This document shows positions 29,721 through 38,932 of a stretch of DNA of 64,000 bases, piece by piece. Origin of the DNA: Deinococcus sp. (GTDB lineage: Bacteria > Deinococcota > Deinococci > Deinococcales > Deinococcaceae); contig OZ253376.1 of assembly GCA_965261005.1 (NCBI GenBank), positions 128,001-192,000 on the forward strand, written 5' to 3'. Both the position numbers and the translations under genes were made by a program. A model generated the notes under the pieces. It was not told the DNA's origin. It made no database searches and was given only the letters and a program-made list of their open reading frames with translations. Each line of letters starts with the position of its first letter. Within the stretch, counting starts at the first letter, position 1.

Positions 29721-30728
29721 ATGGAACAGCGTTTTTTGGGAAGAACCGGCCTGAAGGTCAGCGAGCTGTGCCTGGGCAGCATGACCTTTGCCCGCGAGGC
29801 CGACGAGCAGACCAGCTTCGCGCTGCTCGACCGCTTCGTGGAGGCGGGCGGCACCTTTATCGATACGGCCGACGTCTACGGAAATGGCGCTTCCGAGACG
29901 ACCGTCGGCCGCTGGCTGAAGGGGCAGCCGCGCGACAACCTGGTGGTGGCGACCAAGGTGCGCTTTCCGATGGGCAGCGGCCCGAACGAGGTGGGGCTGT
30001 CGCGCAAGCACATTCTGGCCGGGGTGGAGGCCAGCCTGAAGCGGCTTCAGACCGACTACCTTGACCTGTACCAGGTGCACTGCTGGGACGCCCGGACGCC
30101 GCTGGAGGAGACTCTCTCCACGCTGAACACGCTGGTAGAGCGCGGCTTGGTGCGCTACGTCGGCGCCAGCAACTTCACCGGCTGGCAGCTGCAAAAGGCG
30201 CTCGACCTGAGCCGCCAGCGCGGCTGGGAAGCGTTCTCCTGCCTGCAACCCCAGTACAACCTGCTGTGCCGCAGCACCGAGTGGGACCTGCTGCCCGTCT
30301 GTGAGGAGGAAGGGCTGGGCGTGATTCCCTGGAGTCCGTTGCGCGGCGGCTGGCTCAGCGGGAAGTTCCGGCGCGGCATGGCCGGCCCCCCGGCCGGCTC
30401 GCGCGTCGAAACGGCCGAGCAACAAGGCTGGGGCGAGTCGTGGAGCAACTACGACAACGAACACACCTGGAAGGTGCTGGACGCGCTGTTCGCCGTGGCG
30501 GGGGAGTGCGGTAAGACCCCGTCCCAGGTGGCCCTCAACTGGCTGCTTCGGCGCCCCGGCGTCACGGCGCCGATTCTGGGCGTGCGGACGCCGGAGCAGC
30601 TGGAGGACAACCTCGGCGCGAGCGGCTGGGCGCTGAGCGCGGAGCAGCTGAAGCAACTCGACGAGGCGAGCGCGCAACCGGCGCCGTACCCGCACGACTT
30701 CATCGCCGACGCCCAGCAAAGACGCTGA
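29721..30728 (+). CDS. aldo/keto reductase
   Basis: [32 protein letters not shown]. Confidence 0.93.
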   Translation: MEQRFLGRTGLKVSELCLGSMTFAREADEQTSFALLDRFVEAGGTFIDTADVYGNGASETTVGRWLKGQPRDNLVVATKVRFPMGSGPNEVGLSRKHILAGVEASLKRLQTDYLDLYQVHCWDARTPLEETLSTLNTLVERGLVRYVGASNFTGWQLQKALDLSRQRGWEAFSCLQPQYNLLCRSTEWDLLPVCEEEGLGVIPWSPLRGGWLSGKFRRGMAGPPAGSRVETAEQQGWGESWSNYDNEHTWKVLDALFAVAGECGKTPSQVALNWLLRRPGVTAPILGVRTPEQLEDNLGASGWALSAEQLKQLDEASAQPAPYPHDFIADAQQRR

Positions 30729-30783
30729 GGTTTCCAGCGTTCTCCGGGAAAGACTTGGCCCCGCCCAAAGCTGGCCGGCGCGG

Positions 30784-31440
30784 TCACGGCGTCTCTGTCT
30801 CTTCAGCGACCAGCAAGGATGTCCAGCACCCGGGGGCCGTGTACCCCCTCGACGCGGCTCAGCTCGATGTCGGAGGTGGCGCTCGGCCCGCTGATCCAGG
30901 TGAGGGGGCGGCCGGCCAGGACGCCCGCCTCCAAGCCTGCCACGGCCTCGGATAGGCTCCCCACGATTTGGCGTGCGAACACGACGCAGACGTGGTGATC
31001 GGGAATCAGGCTCAGGGCGCGCCGGCCCTGCGCCGCGCCGTGGTCGAGCACGACCGTGCCCGTCTCGGCGATGGCGACCGCGCAGCCCGTCACGACCGCC
31101 TGCACGCCGTCGAGCGCGCGGGTGCTCAGCGCGCCCGCAGGGGGCGTTCCGTCCCGCACCAGGTCCAGCCCGGCGGGCAGCCACGGCGCGGGCAGATCGC
31201 TCGGCACCACCACGCGCCCGCCGCGCCCGGCGAGCAGGCGCGCCACAGCTTCCGGCAACCCGCCTTCGCCGATTCGCACGACGTTGGCGCGGTACTCGGC
31301 GGCGAACTCGGCGAACTGATCGATCACCTCGGCGCGGGGGAGGGGAGAGGGCAGTGCCGGCGACCGTTGAGGTGCCGCGACCCCACGCGCCCCCGCCCGG
31401 TTCACGCGCGTGAGAATATCGAGCCGGGCCTCGCCGCTCC
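30784..31440 (-). pseudogene. lutC: LutC/YkgG (LUD domain) lactate utilisation protein; start lost, C-terminal frameshift
   Basis: AIAETGT, RALSLIPDHH, ISGPSATSDIE, GVHGP; a GTGA overlap is restored by adding one base at 31439/31440; an alternative frame gives [11 protein letters not shown]. Confidence 0.72.
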
Positions 31441-31652
31441 GGTCGTCGCGCCCGGGCGCGAGGGGTTCGCCCCCGCTCGTCTGGGCGCACGTCTGGGCGC
31501 AGCTCCGGCTGTGGCCGCGTCCGCCACCACTCCCGAAAGGACTGCCCCGGCAGGGCGGGCAAATCGCGCGCCTCGGTCCAGCCCCCAGCATGCCGGGCAG
31601 GGCGTGGATGGTCCCGTCCCGGACGAGGGGACCCTGTCCGCGCCGCGCCAGC
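31438..31652 (-). pseudogene. lutB: 3' remnant of lutB
   Basis: LARRGQGPLVRDGTIHALPGML / frameshift / GWTEARDLPALPGQSFREWWRTR; rest of lutB and lutA absent. Confidence 0.7.
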
Positions 31653-31810
31653 TGGGGGCGCTGCTGGGCCTTCAGACCGTACAGGTGTGCTGACGGCCCC
31701 TATCTAGACAGAACATCACGCACCGGCCATACGCACACACGGGCTATCTTCCGTTCGTCTTCGGTCACGCAAAAGCGGGAATGCCAGCGGGCAACCTGCG
31801 CGCTCAGGGC

Positions 31811-31846
31811 TTGCAACCTGTTCTGCGTAAGAATAACATGCTGCAA
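31811..31846 (+). promoter_or_regulatory. promoter and imperfect inverted repeat upstream of ABC operon
   Basis: TTGCAA-17-TAACAT; arms TTGCAACCTGTT / AACATGCTGCAA (2 mismatches). Confidence 0.5.
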
Positions 31847-32106
31847 AATTTGCCGCATTCCGCCGAAGCCGTGTTCGTCGGCCACATTCGCAATCTTCAC
31901 CAGGAGCCGCCCATGCCCGTATCTTTTCCAAAGCGGTCGCCCTTCGGTTTTTTGAACGTTTTCGAGGTTCACCATTTCGAGGTTCGCCATGTGGCTTGAA
32001 CGCGCCGAGATCGCGCCGAGCCGGTCCGCCCGCACATCCGCGAGCTGCACGTCGTGGTGGACATGAGCCTCGCCCGGCGGCAGGACCTTTTTCGGCAAAG
32101 GCGTGC

Positions 32107-33135
32107 ATGCTGACCTTTGTGCTGCGGCGCCTGTTGGCCCTGCCGCTGATTCTGCTGGCCGTGACCCTGCTGATCGTGCTGGTGATGCAATTGATTCCGC
32201 CCGAGCAGCGCGCCGCCGCCTACGCCACCGACCTGGCGCAGCTCAGCCGCATTCCGGAGATCATCAAGACCAACCACCTCGACGGCAACGTGTTCGAGCA
32301 GTACTGGACCTGGCTGCGTCAGGCGTTGGGGGGCAACCTGGGCTACTCGCGCACCAGCGGCCAGCCGGTGCTGGACACCCTGCTCGCGCGCTTTCCCGCC
32401 ACACTGGAACTCGCCCTGTACACCCTGGTGCCGCTGGTGGGGCTGGGCGTGTGGCTGGGCGGGCTGGCGGCCGTGCGGCGCAACAAGCTGGCCGACGGCG
32501 TCATCCGGCTGATGGCCATTCTGGGCTACAGCATTCCCAGCTTCGTGCTGGGGGTGTGGCTGCTGGTGATCTTCTACGGCGGGCTGAATCTGCTGCCCGG
32601 CACCGGCAATTTGGGCAACGACAGCGCCATCCGGCTGATGACCGGGGAGGTGCGGCACGTCACCGGGCTGGTCACGCTGGACGCCCTGCTGAGCGGGCGG
32701 CTGGACGTGTTTTGGGACGCCGCTGTGCACCTGATCCTGCCGGTGTTTACCCTGCTGGTGGTCAGCAGCGCCGCGCTGATCAAGGGCACCCGCGTCAGCA
32801 TGATCGACGCCTTGAGCAGCGACTACATCCGCACCGCCCGCGCCAAGGGCCTGGGCGAGCGGGCCGTGATCCGCAAGCACGCCCGGCGCAACGCCCTGCT
32901 GACCGTCGTGACCCTGGCCGCGCTGAGCGTGTCCGGGCTGCTTCAGGGCGCGGTGATCGCCGAGACCCTCTACGGCTATCCCGGCGTCGGCAGCTGGGCC
33001 GCGCAGGCGGCGGCCCTGGGCGACTTGCCGGGGGTGCTGGGCTTCGCGCTGCTGACCGCCACCATCGTGGTGGTGGTCAATTTGCTCGCCGACCTGGCCT
33101 ACACCCTGGTCGACCCGCGCGTGAGGTACGCGTGA
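32107..33135 (+). CDS. peptide ABC permease (DppB-like)
   Basis: GNLGYS, FPATLEL, YIRTARAKGL, DPRVR. Confidence 0.93.
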   Translation: MLTFVLRRLLALPLILLAVTLLIVLVMQLIPPEQRAAAYATDLAQLSRIPEIIKTNHLDGNVFEQYWTWLRQALGGNLGYSRTSGQPVLDTLLARFPATLELALYTLVPLVGLGVWLGGLAAVRRNKLADGVIRLMAILGYSIPSFVLGVWLLVIFYGGLNLLPGTGNLGNDSAIRLMTGEVRHVTGLVTLDALLSGRLDVFWDAAVHLILPVFTLLVVSSAALIKGTRVSMIDALSSDYIRTARAKGLGERAVIRKHARRNALLTVVTLAALSVSGLLQGAVIAETLYGYPGVGSWAAQAAALGDLPGVLGFALLTATIVVVVNLLADLAYTLVDPRVRYA

Positions 33136-34130
33136 GCGCGACCCGGTTGCCGAATGCGGGCGCCCCCGCGCGCAAAGCTGGCGGCAGCAAGCGAATGCGC
33201 CGCCTTCGCCGCAGCCTGTCCGCTCAAATCGGCCTGGTGCTGGTCAGCCTGTTCGTGCTGACCGCGCTGCTGGCCCCGCTGCTGGCCCCCCCGCAGGGCA
33301 ACTGTCGCCGCGCGCTGAATTTGGCGGCGGGACAGGCTTACCCTGGCCCCGTCGCCTACCTGCGCGAGGTGGTCGCCACGCCGGCGGCCTGCCTTCAGAT
33401 GCCGCGTCAGGGGTTCGCGGCCCAGCCCACGCCCCCCGCCCCGGACGCGCCGCTCGGCCGCGTGGGCGGCTACGACATCCGCTACGGCTTGGTGTGGGGC
33501 ACCCGCACCGCCTTTTTTCTGGGGATCGCGGTGCTGGCGATCACCGTCACCGTGGGCAGCTTGGTGGGCCTGGCGGCCGGCTTTTTCGGCGGGCTGCTGG
33601 ACGACCTGTTGATGCGCCTGACCGACGTGATCTTCGCCTTTCCAGCCCTGGTCCTGATGCTGGTGCTGGTCGCGGCGCTGGGGCCGGGCCTACAGAACAT
33701 CGTGATCGCGCTGAGCTTTGTCACCTGGGCGGGGCTGGCCCGGGTGGTGAGATCGGAGGTGCTGCGGCTGCGCGAATTGGAGTTCGTGGCGGCGGCCTGG
33801 AGTCTGGGGGCCAGCCCCGGCCGCGTGGCCCTGCGCCACGTGCTGCCCGGCGCGCTCGGCACCCTGCTCAGCTTGGTCGTGCTGGAGATGGGCAGCCTGC
33901 CCATCGTGGCGGGGGCGCTCTCGTTTTTGGGCCTGGGCACGCCGCTGGGCTTCGCCGATTGGGGCCAATTGATCGCCCTGGCGCAGAAGTGGATTCAGGG
34001 GCCGCCCGGCCAGCCCTTCGCCTATTGGTACGTCACCTTGTTTCCGGGCCTCTGCATCGTCCTCTACAGCGTCGGCTGGAACCTGCTGGGCGACAGCCTG
34101 AGCGAAGCCTTCGATCCCCGCAACCGCTGA
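33132..34130 (+). CDS. peptide ABC permease (DppC-like)
   Basis: GTG overlap; WGTRTA, RHVLP, LSFLGLG, ADWGQ. Confidence 0.92.
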   Translation: MSATRLPNAGAPARKAGGSKRMRRLRRSLSAQIGLVLVSLFVLTALLAPLLAPPQGNCRRALNLAAGQAYPGPVAYLREVVATPAACLQMPRQGFAAQPTPPAPDAPLGRVGGYDIRYGLVWGTRTAFFLGIAVLAITVTVGSLVGLAAGFFGGLLDDLLMRLTDVIFAFPALVLMLVLVAALGPGLQNIVIALSFVTWAGLARVVRSEVLRLRELEFVAAAWSLGASPGRVALRHVLPGALGTLLSLVVLEMGSLPIVAGALSFLGLGTPLGFADWGQLIALAQKWIQGPPGQPFAYWYVTLFPGLCIVLYSVGWNLLGDSLSEAFDPRNR

Positions 34131-34166
34131 TTCCCAATTCCCGCCCCATTCTCACGGAGGTTCACC

Positions 34167-35840
34167 ATGAAAAGATTCCCGCTTCCCCTCGCCCTGGCCC
34201 TGACCAGTTCGCTCGCCCTGGCCACGCCCAAGGACACGCTGGTCTACCAAATCGCCTCGGCCACCGCCAGCGTGGAACCCGCGCAGGCTGTCGTGACCTA
34301 CGACGTGCTGCCGGTCATGCAGATGTACGAGGGCCTGTACCTCAACAACTTCGGCAAGTATGAACCGCTGCTCGCCACGGGCTACACCCAGAGCAAGGAC
34401 GGCAAGGTCACCACCTTCACCCTGCGTAAGGGGGTCAAGTTCCACGACGGTTCGGCCATGACCTGCGCCGACGCCGAGTACTCGCTGCGCCGCACGCTGC
34501 TGGTAGGGGGCGAAACCTCGTTGGCCGCCCAGATTCGCGCCAACCTGCTGAACATTGCCAGCTTCACCCCGGAGGTCAAGCAGACCTACACCTTCGCCAA
34601 GCTGTCGAACATGGTCAAGTGCAACGCGGCGGGGCAACTGGTGCTGACCCTCGACCACAACGTGCCCAGCCTGCTGGATTCCATCGCCCAGGCGTACATT
34701 GTGCCGATGAAGGCGCTGGCGGCGAGCGGCGACTGGAGCGGCACGGCGAGGGACTTCGGCGCCTTTGTGGGCAAGGACGTGTCCAACTCCGTGCTGGCCC
34801 AAAAGCCCAACGGCACCGGGGCCTACCAGTTCGTGGCGCGCGATCCCAGCCGCTTCGTCATGAAGGCCTTTGACGCCTACTGGGGCGGCGCGCCCGCGCT
34901 GAAGAACGTGATCCTGCAAAAGGTGGACAGCGACACCGCCCGCGTGCTGGCCCTGCAAAAGGGCGACGCCGACATCGCCATCGTCCCCGACCGCGACACC
35001 TTGGCGAAGCTCAAGGGCGTGCCCAGCGTCAAGGTCTACGAGGACCTGCCCACCCGCGACCTGACCGGCGTGGTGCTGTTCAACCAGAACATCAAGGACG
35101 ACAAGCTGCTGCCCGCCGGTCAACTGGCCGAGAACAATATTCCCGTCAATTTCTTCAGCGACATTCACGTTCGCAAGGCGTTCACGGCTCTGTTCGACAC
35201 CAAGACTTATACCCGCGACGCCTTGCAGGGCTTTGCACTGGCCCGGAACACCACCCTGCCCCCCAACAACTGGGCCGACGACAAGACCCTGAAGCCTCCG
35301 GCCTACAACCTCAAGACTGCCGAGGCCGAGTTCAAGCAGGCCTTTGGGGGCAAGCTGTGGGCCGCCGGCTTCACCATTCCCCTGTCCACCTTCGGCGGCA
35401 GCGGGGTGTCGGTGGTGGTGGCGGGCATCTTCAAGCAGAACATCGAGCAGCTCAATCCCAAGTTCCACGCCACCGTCAGCACCTTGGAACTGAGTTCGGC
35501 CAACGCCTCGCTGCTGGGCGGCAAGCTGCCCTTCGCGGCGCTGACTTGGGGCGGGGCGGACCCCGACACCAACCTGCGCGGGCTGTACAGCGCCGGCGGC
35601 ATCCTGGCCCCGGCCACCAACATCAAGGACCCGAAAATGGAACAGCTGCTCGACACCGCCCGCGACACCGTGGGCCAGGGTGCGCGTAAACCGCTGTACA
35701 CCTCGCTGCTGACCTACCTGAACACGCAGACCTACGCCTTCCCGCTGCCGCAGCCGCTGGTCTTCGCGGCCACCACCTCGGCCCTGAAGGGCTACCCAGA
35801 GTTCAACAAGACCAATGTGTTCAAGGTGCTGAGCAAGTAA
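34167..35840 (+). CDS. peptide ABC substrate-binding protein (family 5)
   Basis: Signal peptide; LRKGVKFHDG, PNGTGAY, YWGG; GGAGG RBS. Confidence 0.93.
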   Translation: MKRFPLPLALALTSSLALATPKDTLVYQIASATASVEPAQAVVTYDVLPVMQMYEGLYLNNFGKYEPLLATGYTQSKDGKVTTFTLRKGVKFHDGSAMTCADAEYSLRRTLLVGGETSLAAQIRANLLNIASFTPEVKQTYTFAKLSNMVKCNAAGQLVLTLDHNVPSLLDSIAQAYIVPMKALAASGDWSGTARDFGAFVGKDVSNSVLAQKPNGTGAYQFVARDPSRFVMKAFDAYWGGAPALKNVILQKVDSDTARVLALQKGDADIAIVPDRDTLAKLKGVPSVKVYEDLPTRDLTGVVLFNQNIKDDKLLPAGQLAENNIPVNFFSDIHVRKAFTALFDTKTYTRDALQGFALARNTTLPPNNWADDKTLKPPAYNLKTAEAEFKQAFGGKLWAAGFTIPLSTFGGSGVSVVVAGIFKQNIEQLNPKFHATVSTLELSSANASLLGGKLPFAALTWGGADPDTNLRGLYSAGGILAPATNIKDPKMEQLLDTARDTVGQGARKPLYTSLLTYLNTQTYAFPLPQPLVFAATTSALKGYPEFNKTNVFKVLSK

Positions 35841-35945
35841 GGGCTGAAGCCATTGCCCGCCGCGTTCTCCCTGGCGCGGCGGCAGGGAAAGCCGTTTCCC
35901 ACAACGGGTTCGCGCGTTCGTCCGCCTTCCCCCAAGGAGAATCCC

Positions 35946-37415
35946 ATGACCGCCACCACCACCAGGAGCAGCACCGAACTCGCCGCCGCCTTCGAGCAGG
36001 AAGCCAGACGTTTGCTGGACGAGTACAAAATTCCCGGCGTCACGCTGGGCCTGCTGACCCCGGACGGCGATCATGTGGTCAACCTGGGCGTCACCAGTTT
36101 GGAAAACCCGTTGCCCATCACGGAAGACACCATCTTCCAGATCGGCAGCACCACCAAGACCATCACGTCGCTGACCTGCTCGGTGCTGGTGGCGCAAGGC
36201 AAGCTGGATTTGGACGTCCCGGTCAGAACGTATCTGCCCGACTTCAAGCTGAAGGACGAGTCGGTCGCCGCCGCGCTGACCATTCGCGACGTGCTGACCC
36301 ACCAGGGCGGCTTTCAGGGCGACCTGTTCGAGGACACCGGCGACGGCGACGACGCGCTTGCCAAGGTGCTGGACATCCTGGCCGAGTCGCCGCAGGTGGT
36401 GCCGCTGCGGGGCCACTGGAGCTACAACAACGCCGGCTTTTACGTGGCCGGGCGGGTGATCGAGGTGCTCACGGGCAAGACTTACGAGGCGGCCGTGACC
36501 GAGCTGGTGTTGAAGCCGCTGGGCATGGACCACACCCTCTTCTTTCCCAACCAGGTGATGACCTACCGCTTTGCTGCCGGACACAACAAGCTCGGGGACG
36601 AGATGGTGGTGCAGCGGCCCTGGATTCTGCCGCGCTCGTCGGCCCCGGCGGGCGGCACCCTGAATTCCACCCTGCGGGACATGACCCGTTACGCCCGCTA
36701 CATGATGTCGGGAAGCATGCCCGAACCCGCAGACCGGCAGGCTGGGGCGCAGGGCGAGGACCCGGCCCCGTCCTCGCCCCTGGAAACGCTGGACCGCAGC
36801 CAGCTTTGGAAACCGTTGCGGCCCATCGGCGACGCCCTCAACGGCTTTCCCGGTGAGCGGGGCCAAATCGGGCAGAGCTGGTTTACCGATCAGTACGAAG
36901 GCGCCACCATCATCAGTCACGGCGGCACCACGCACGGCCATCAGTCGGACTTCTGGGTGTCGCCGGACCGGGGGGTGGGCTTTGTCGCCATGACCAACGC
37001 CAGCAACGGCCACGCCTACAACCGCAAGCTCAGCATTTGGATCAAGCGCGAACTGCTGAACCTCAGCGCCGCCGAACAGCCGGATCATCCCGTCAGCCCG
37101 GAAGCCCTGAGCGACTTCGAGGGGCGTTACCTGATCGTCGGGGGCGCGCTGAGCATCGGCTCGCGGGTGGAGGATGGGCGGCTGACCCTCAGCATTCCCA
37201 ACACCACGCCCGGCGCGAGCGGCACCATACCCGCCCCGCTGCGCTTTATCGGCCCTGACCGCGCGCTGGTAGTGGACGGCGGCGACCTGGACGGCACCGG
37301 CGTCGAGTTCCTGCGCGGCGCCGACGGCGGGGTGGAGTTCATGCGCATCGGGGTGCGGCTCTACCCGCTGGAAAGCCGGGAGGCCGCCCCATCGCCGCCG
37401 CTGACCGCGCTGTAA
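35946..37415 (+). CDS. serine hydrolase, beta-lactamase/D-peptidase family (copy 1)
   Basis: FQIGSTTK (SxxK), YNN, HGG; no signal peptide. Confidence 0.92.
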   Translation: MTATTTRSSTELAAAFEQEARRLLDEYKIPGVTLGLLTPDGDHVVNLGVTSLENPLPITEDTIFQIGSTTKTITSLTCSVLVAQGKLDLDVPVRTYLPDFKLKDESVAAALTIRDVLTHQGGFQGDLFEDTGDGDDALAKVLDILAESPQVVPLRGHWSYNNAGFYVAGRVIEVLTGKTYEAAVTELVLKPLGMDHTLFFPNQVMTYRFAAGHNKLGDEMVVQRPWILPRSSAPAGGTLNSTLRDMTRYARYMMSGSMPEPADRQAGAQGEDPAPSSPLETLDRSQLWKPLRPIGDALNGFPGERGQIGQSWFTDQYEGATIISHGGTTHGHQSDFWVSPDRGVGFVAMTNASNGHAYNRKLSIWIKRELLNLSAAEQPDHPVSPEALSDFEGRYLIVGGALSIGSRVEDGRLTLSIPNTTPGASGTIPAPLRFIGPDRALVVDGGDLDGTGVEFLRGADGGVEFMRIGVRLYPLESREAAPSPPLTAL

Positions 37416-37462
37416 ACCCGGAATCTCACGACTGCCCTCGCCCTTCCCCCAAGGAGAACCCC

Positions 37463-38932
37463 ATGACCGCCACCACCACCAAGAGCGGCGCCGAACTCGC
37501 CACCGCCTTCGAGCAGGAAGCCAAGCGCCTGCTCTCGGAGTACCAGATTCCCGGCGTCACGCTGGGCGTCCTGACGCCGGAGGGCGACCACTTCGTGAAT
37601 CTGGGCGTCACCAATTTGGAAAGCCCGTTGCCGATCACCGAGGACACCATCTTCCAGATCGGCAGCACCACCAAGACCCTGACCTCGCTGACCATCTCGG
37701 TGCTGGAGGCGCAAGGGAAGCTGAAGCTGGACGACTTGATCCGCCAGCACTTGCCCGACTTCAAGCTGAAAGATGAGTCGGTCGCCGCCGCGCTGACCAT
37801 TCGCGACGTGCTGACCCACCAGGGCGGCTTTCAGGGTGACCTGTTCGAGGACACCGGCGAGGGCGACGACGCCGTGGCGAGGGTGCTGGACGTGCTGGCC
37901 GAGTCGCCGCAGGTGGTGCCGCTGCGGGGCCACTGGAGCTACAACAACGCGGGCTTTTACGTGGCCGGGCGGGTGATCGAGGTCGTGACCGGTAAGACCT
38001 ACGAGGCGGCCGTCACCGAGCTGGTCCTCACGCCGCTGGGCATGGACCACACCCTGTTCTTTCCGACCCAGATCATGACCTACCGCTACGCCACCGGCTA
38101 CAACAAGATCGATGACGAGATGGTGGTGCAGCGTCCCTGGATGATGATGCGCTCGGCGGCCCCGGCGGGCAGCAGCTGCTCCTCGACGGTCAAGGACATG
38201 ACCAAGTACGCCCATTACATCATGTCGGGGACCATGCCGGAAACGCCGGAACCCGCTGAGACTACCGGCGACGCCGGGGCGGTTCAGCCCGCCGCAGCGT
38301 CACCGCTGAGCACGCTAGACCGCAGCCAGCTGTGGGCGCCGGTGCGGTCCGTCGGCGTCGGCATCAACGCCTTTCCGGGGGAAGAAGGGAACATCGGGCA
38401 GAGCTGGTTTGTCGATTCGTACGAAGGCGCCACCATTATCAGCCACGGCGGCACCACGCTGGGGCACCAATCGGACTTCTGGGTGTCGCCGGACCGGGGG
38501 GTGGGCTTTATTGCCATGACCAACGCCAGCAACGGCCACGCCATGAACCGCAAGCTGAGCGAGTGGGTCAAGCGCGAGTTGCTGGGCCTGGTGAGACCGG
38601 AGCGCGATGAGGTGAAGCTCGGCGGGGACGAGCTGGCGACCTTGGCGGGTGACTACGAGGTGACCGGGCAGACCTACAAGATCGGCGCCAAGGTGGAGGG
38701 CGGCACGCTGGTCTTGTCCATTCCCGACACCACGGCGGGCGGCACCAGGGACATGCCGGTGCGCTTTATCGCCCCCCAGCGCGCCGTCGTGGTGGGCGGC
38801 GACGCGGACGGCATCGGCGTGGAGTTTCTGACGCGGGGCGGCGAGGTGGAGTTCATGCGCTTCGGGGCGCGGCTGTACCCGCGCGAAAGCGCCGACAGCG
38901 CCGGCGCCGGCCTGCCGGTGGACGCCCTGTGA
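37463..38932 (+). CDS. serine hydrolase, beta-lactamase/D-peptidase family (copy 2, tandem paralog)
   Basis: Same motifs; RBS and N-terminal DNA near-identical to copy 1. Confidence 0.92.
   Translation: MTATTTKSGAELATAFEQEAKRLLSEYQIPGVTLGVLTPEGDHFVNLGVTNLESPLPITEDTIFQIGSTTKTLTSLTISVLEAQGKLKLDDLIRQHLPDFKLKDESVAAALTIRDVLTHQGGFQGDLFEDTGEGDDAVARVLDVLAESPQVVPLRGHWSYNNAGFYVAGRVIEVVTGKTYEAAVTELVLTPLGMDHTLFFPTQIMTYRYATGYNKIDDEMVVQRPWMMMRSAAPAGSSCSSTVKDMTKYAHYIMSGTMPETPEPAETTGDAGAVQPAAASPLSTLDRSQLWAPVRSVGVGINAFPGEEGNIGQSWFVDSYEGATIISHGGTTLGHQSDFWVSPDRGVGFIAMTNASNGHAMNRKLSEWVKRELLGLVRPERDEVKLGGDELATLAGDYEVTGQTYKIGAKVEGGTLVLSIPDTTAGGTRDMPVRFIAPQRAVVVGGDADGIGVEFLTRGGEVEFMRFGARLYPRESADSAGAGLPVDAL

Noticed and set aside
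29583..31562. 659-aa minus-strand ORF
   Set aside because: Only the first ~40 aa are the LutB tail; the rest is read-through caused by the lost stop
34152..37088. 978-aa minus-strand ORF and similar long antisense ORFs (2674..4224, 20805..22529, 38674..40506, 51062..52648)
   Set aside because: Shadow frames of genuine high-GC genes, with no motifs of their own
35946..38932. Beta-lactam resistance genes
   Set aside because: No signal peptides, HGG instead of KTG, and a catabolic context; the fold alone does not imply resistance
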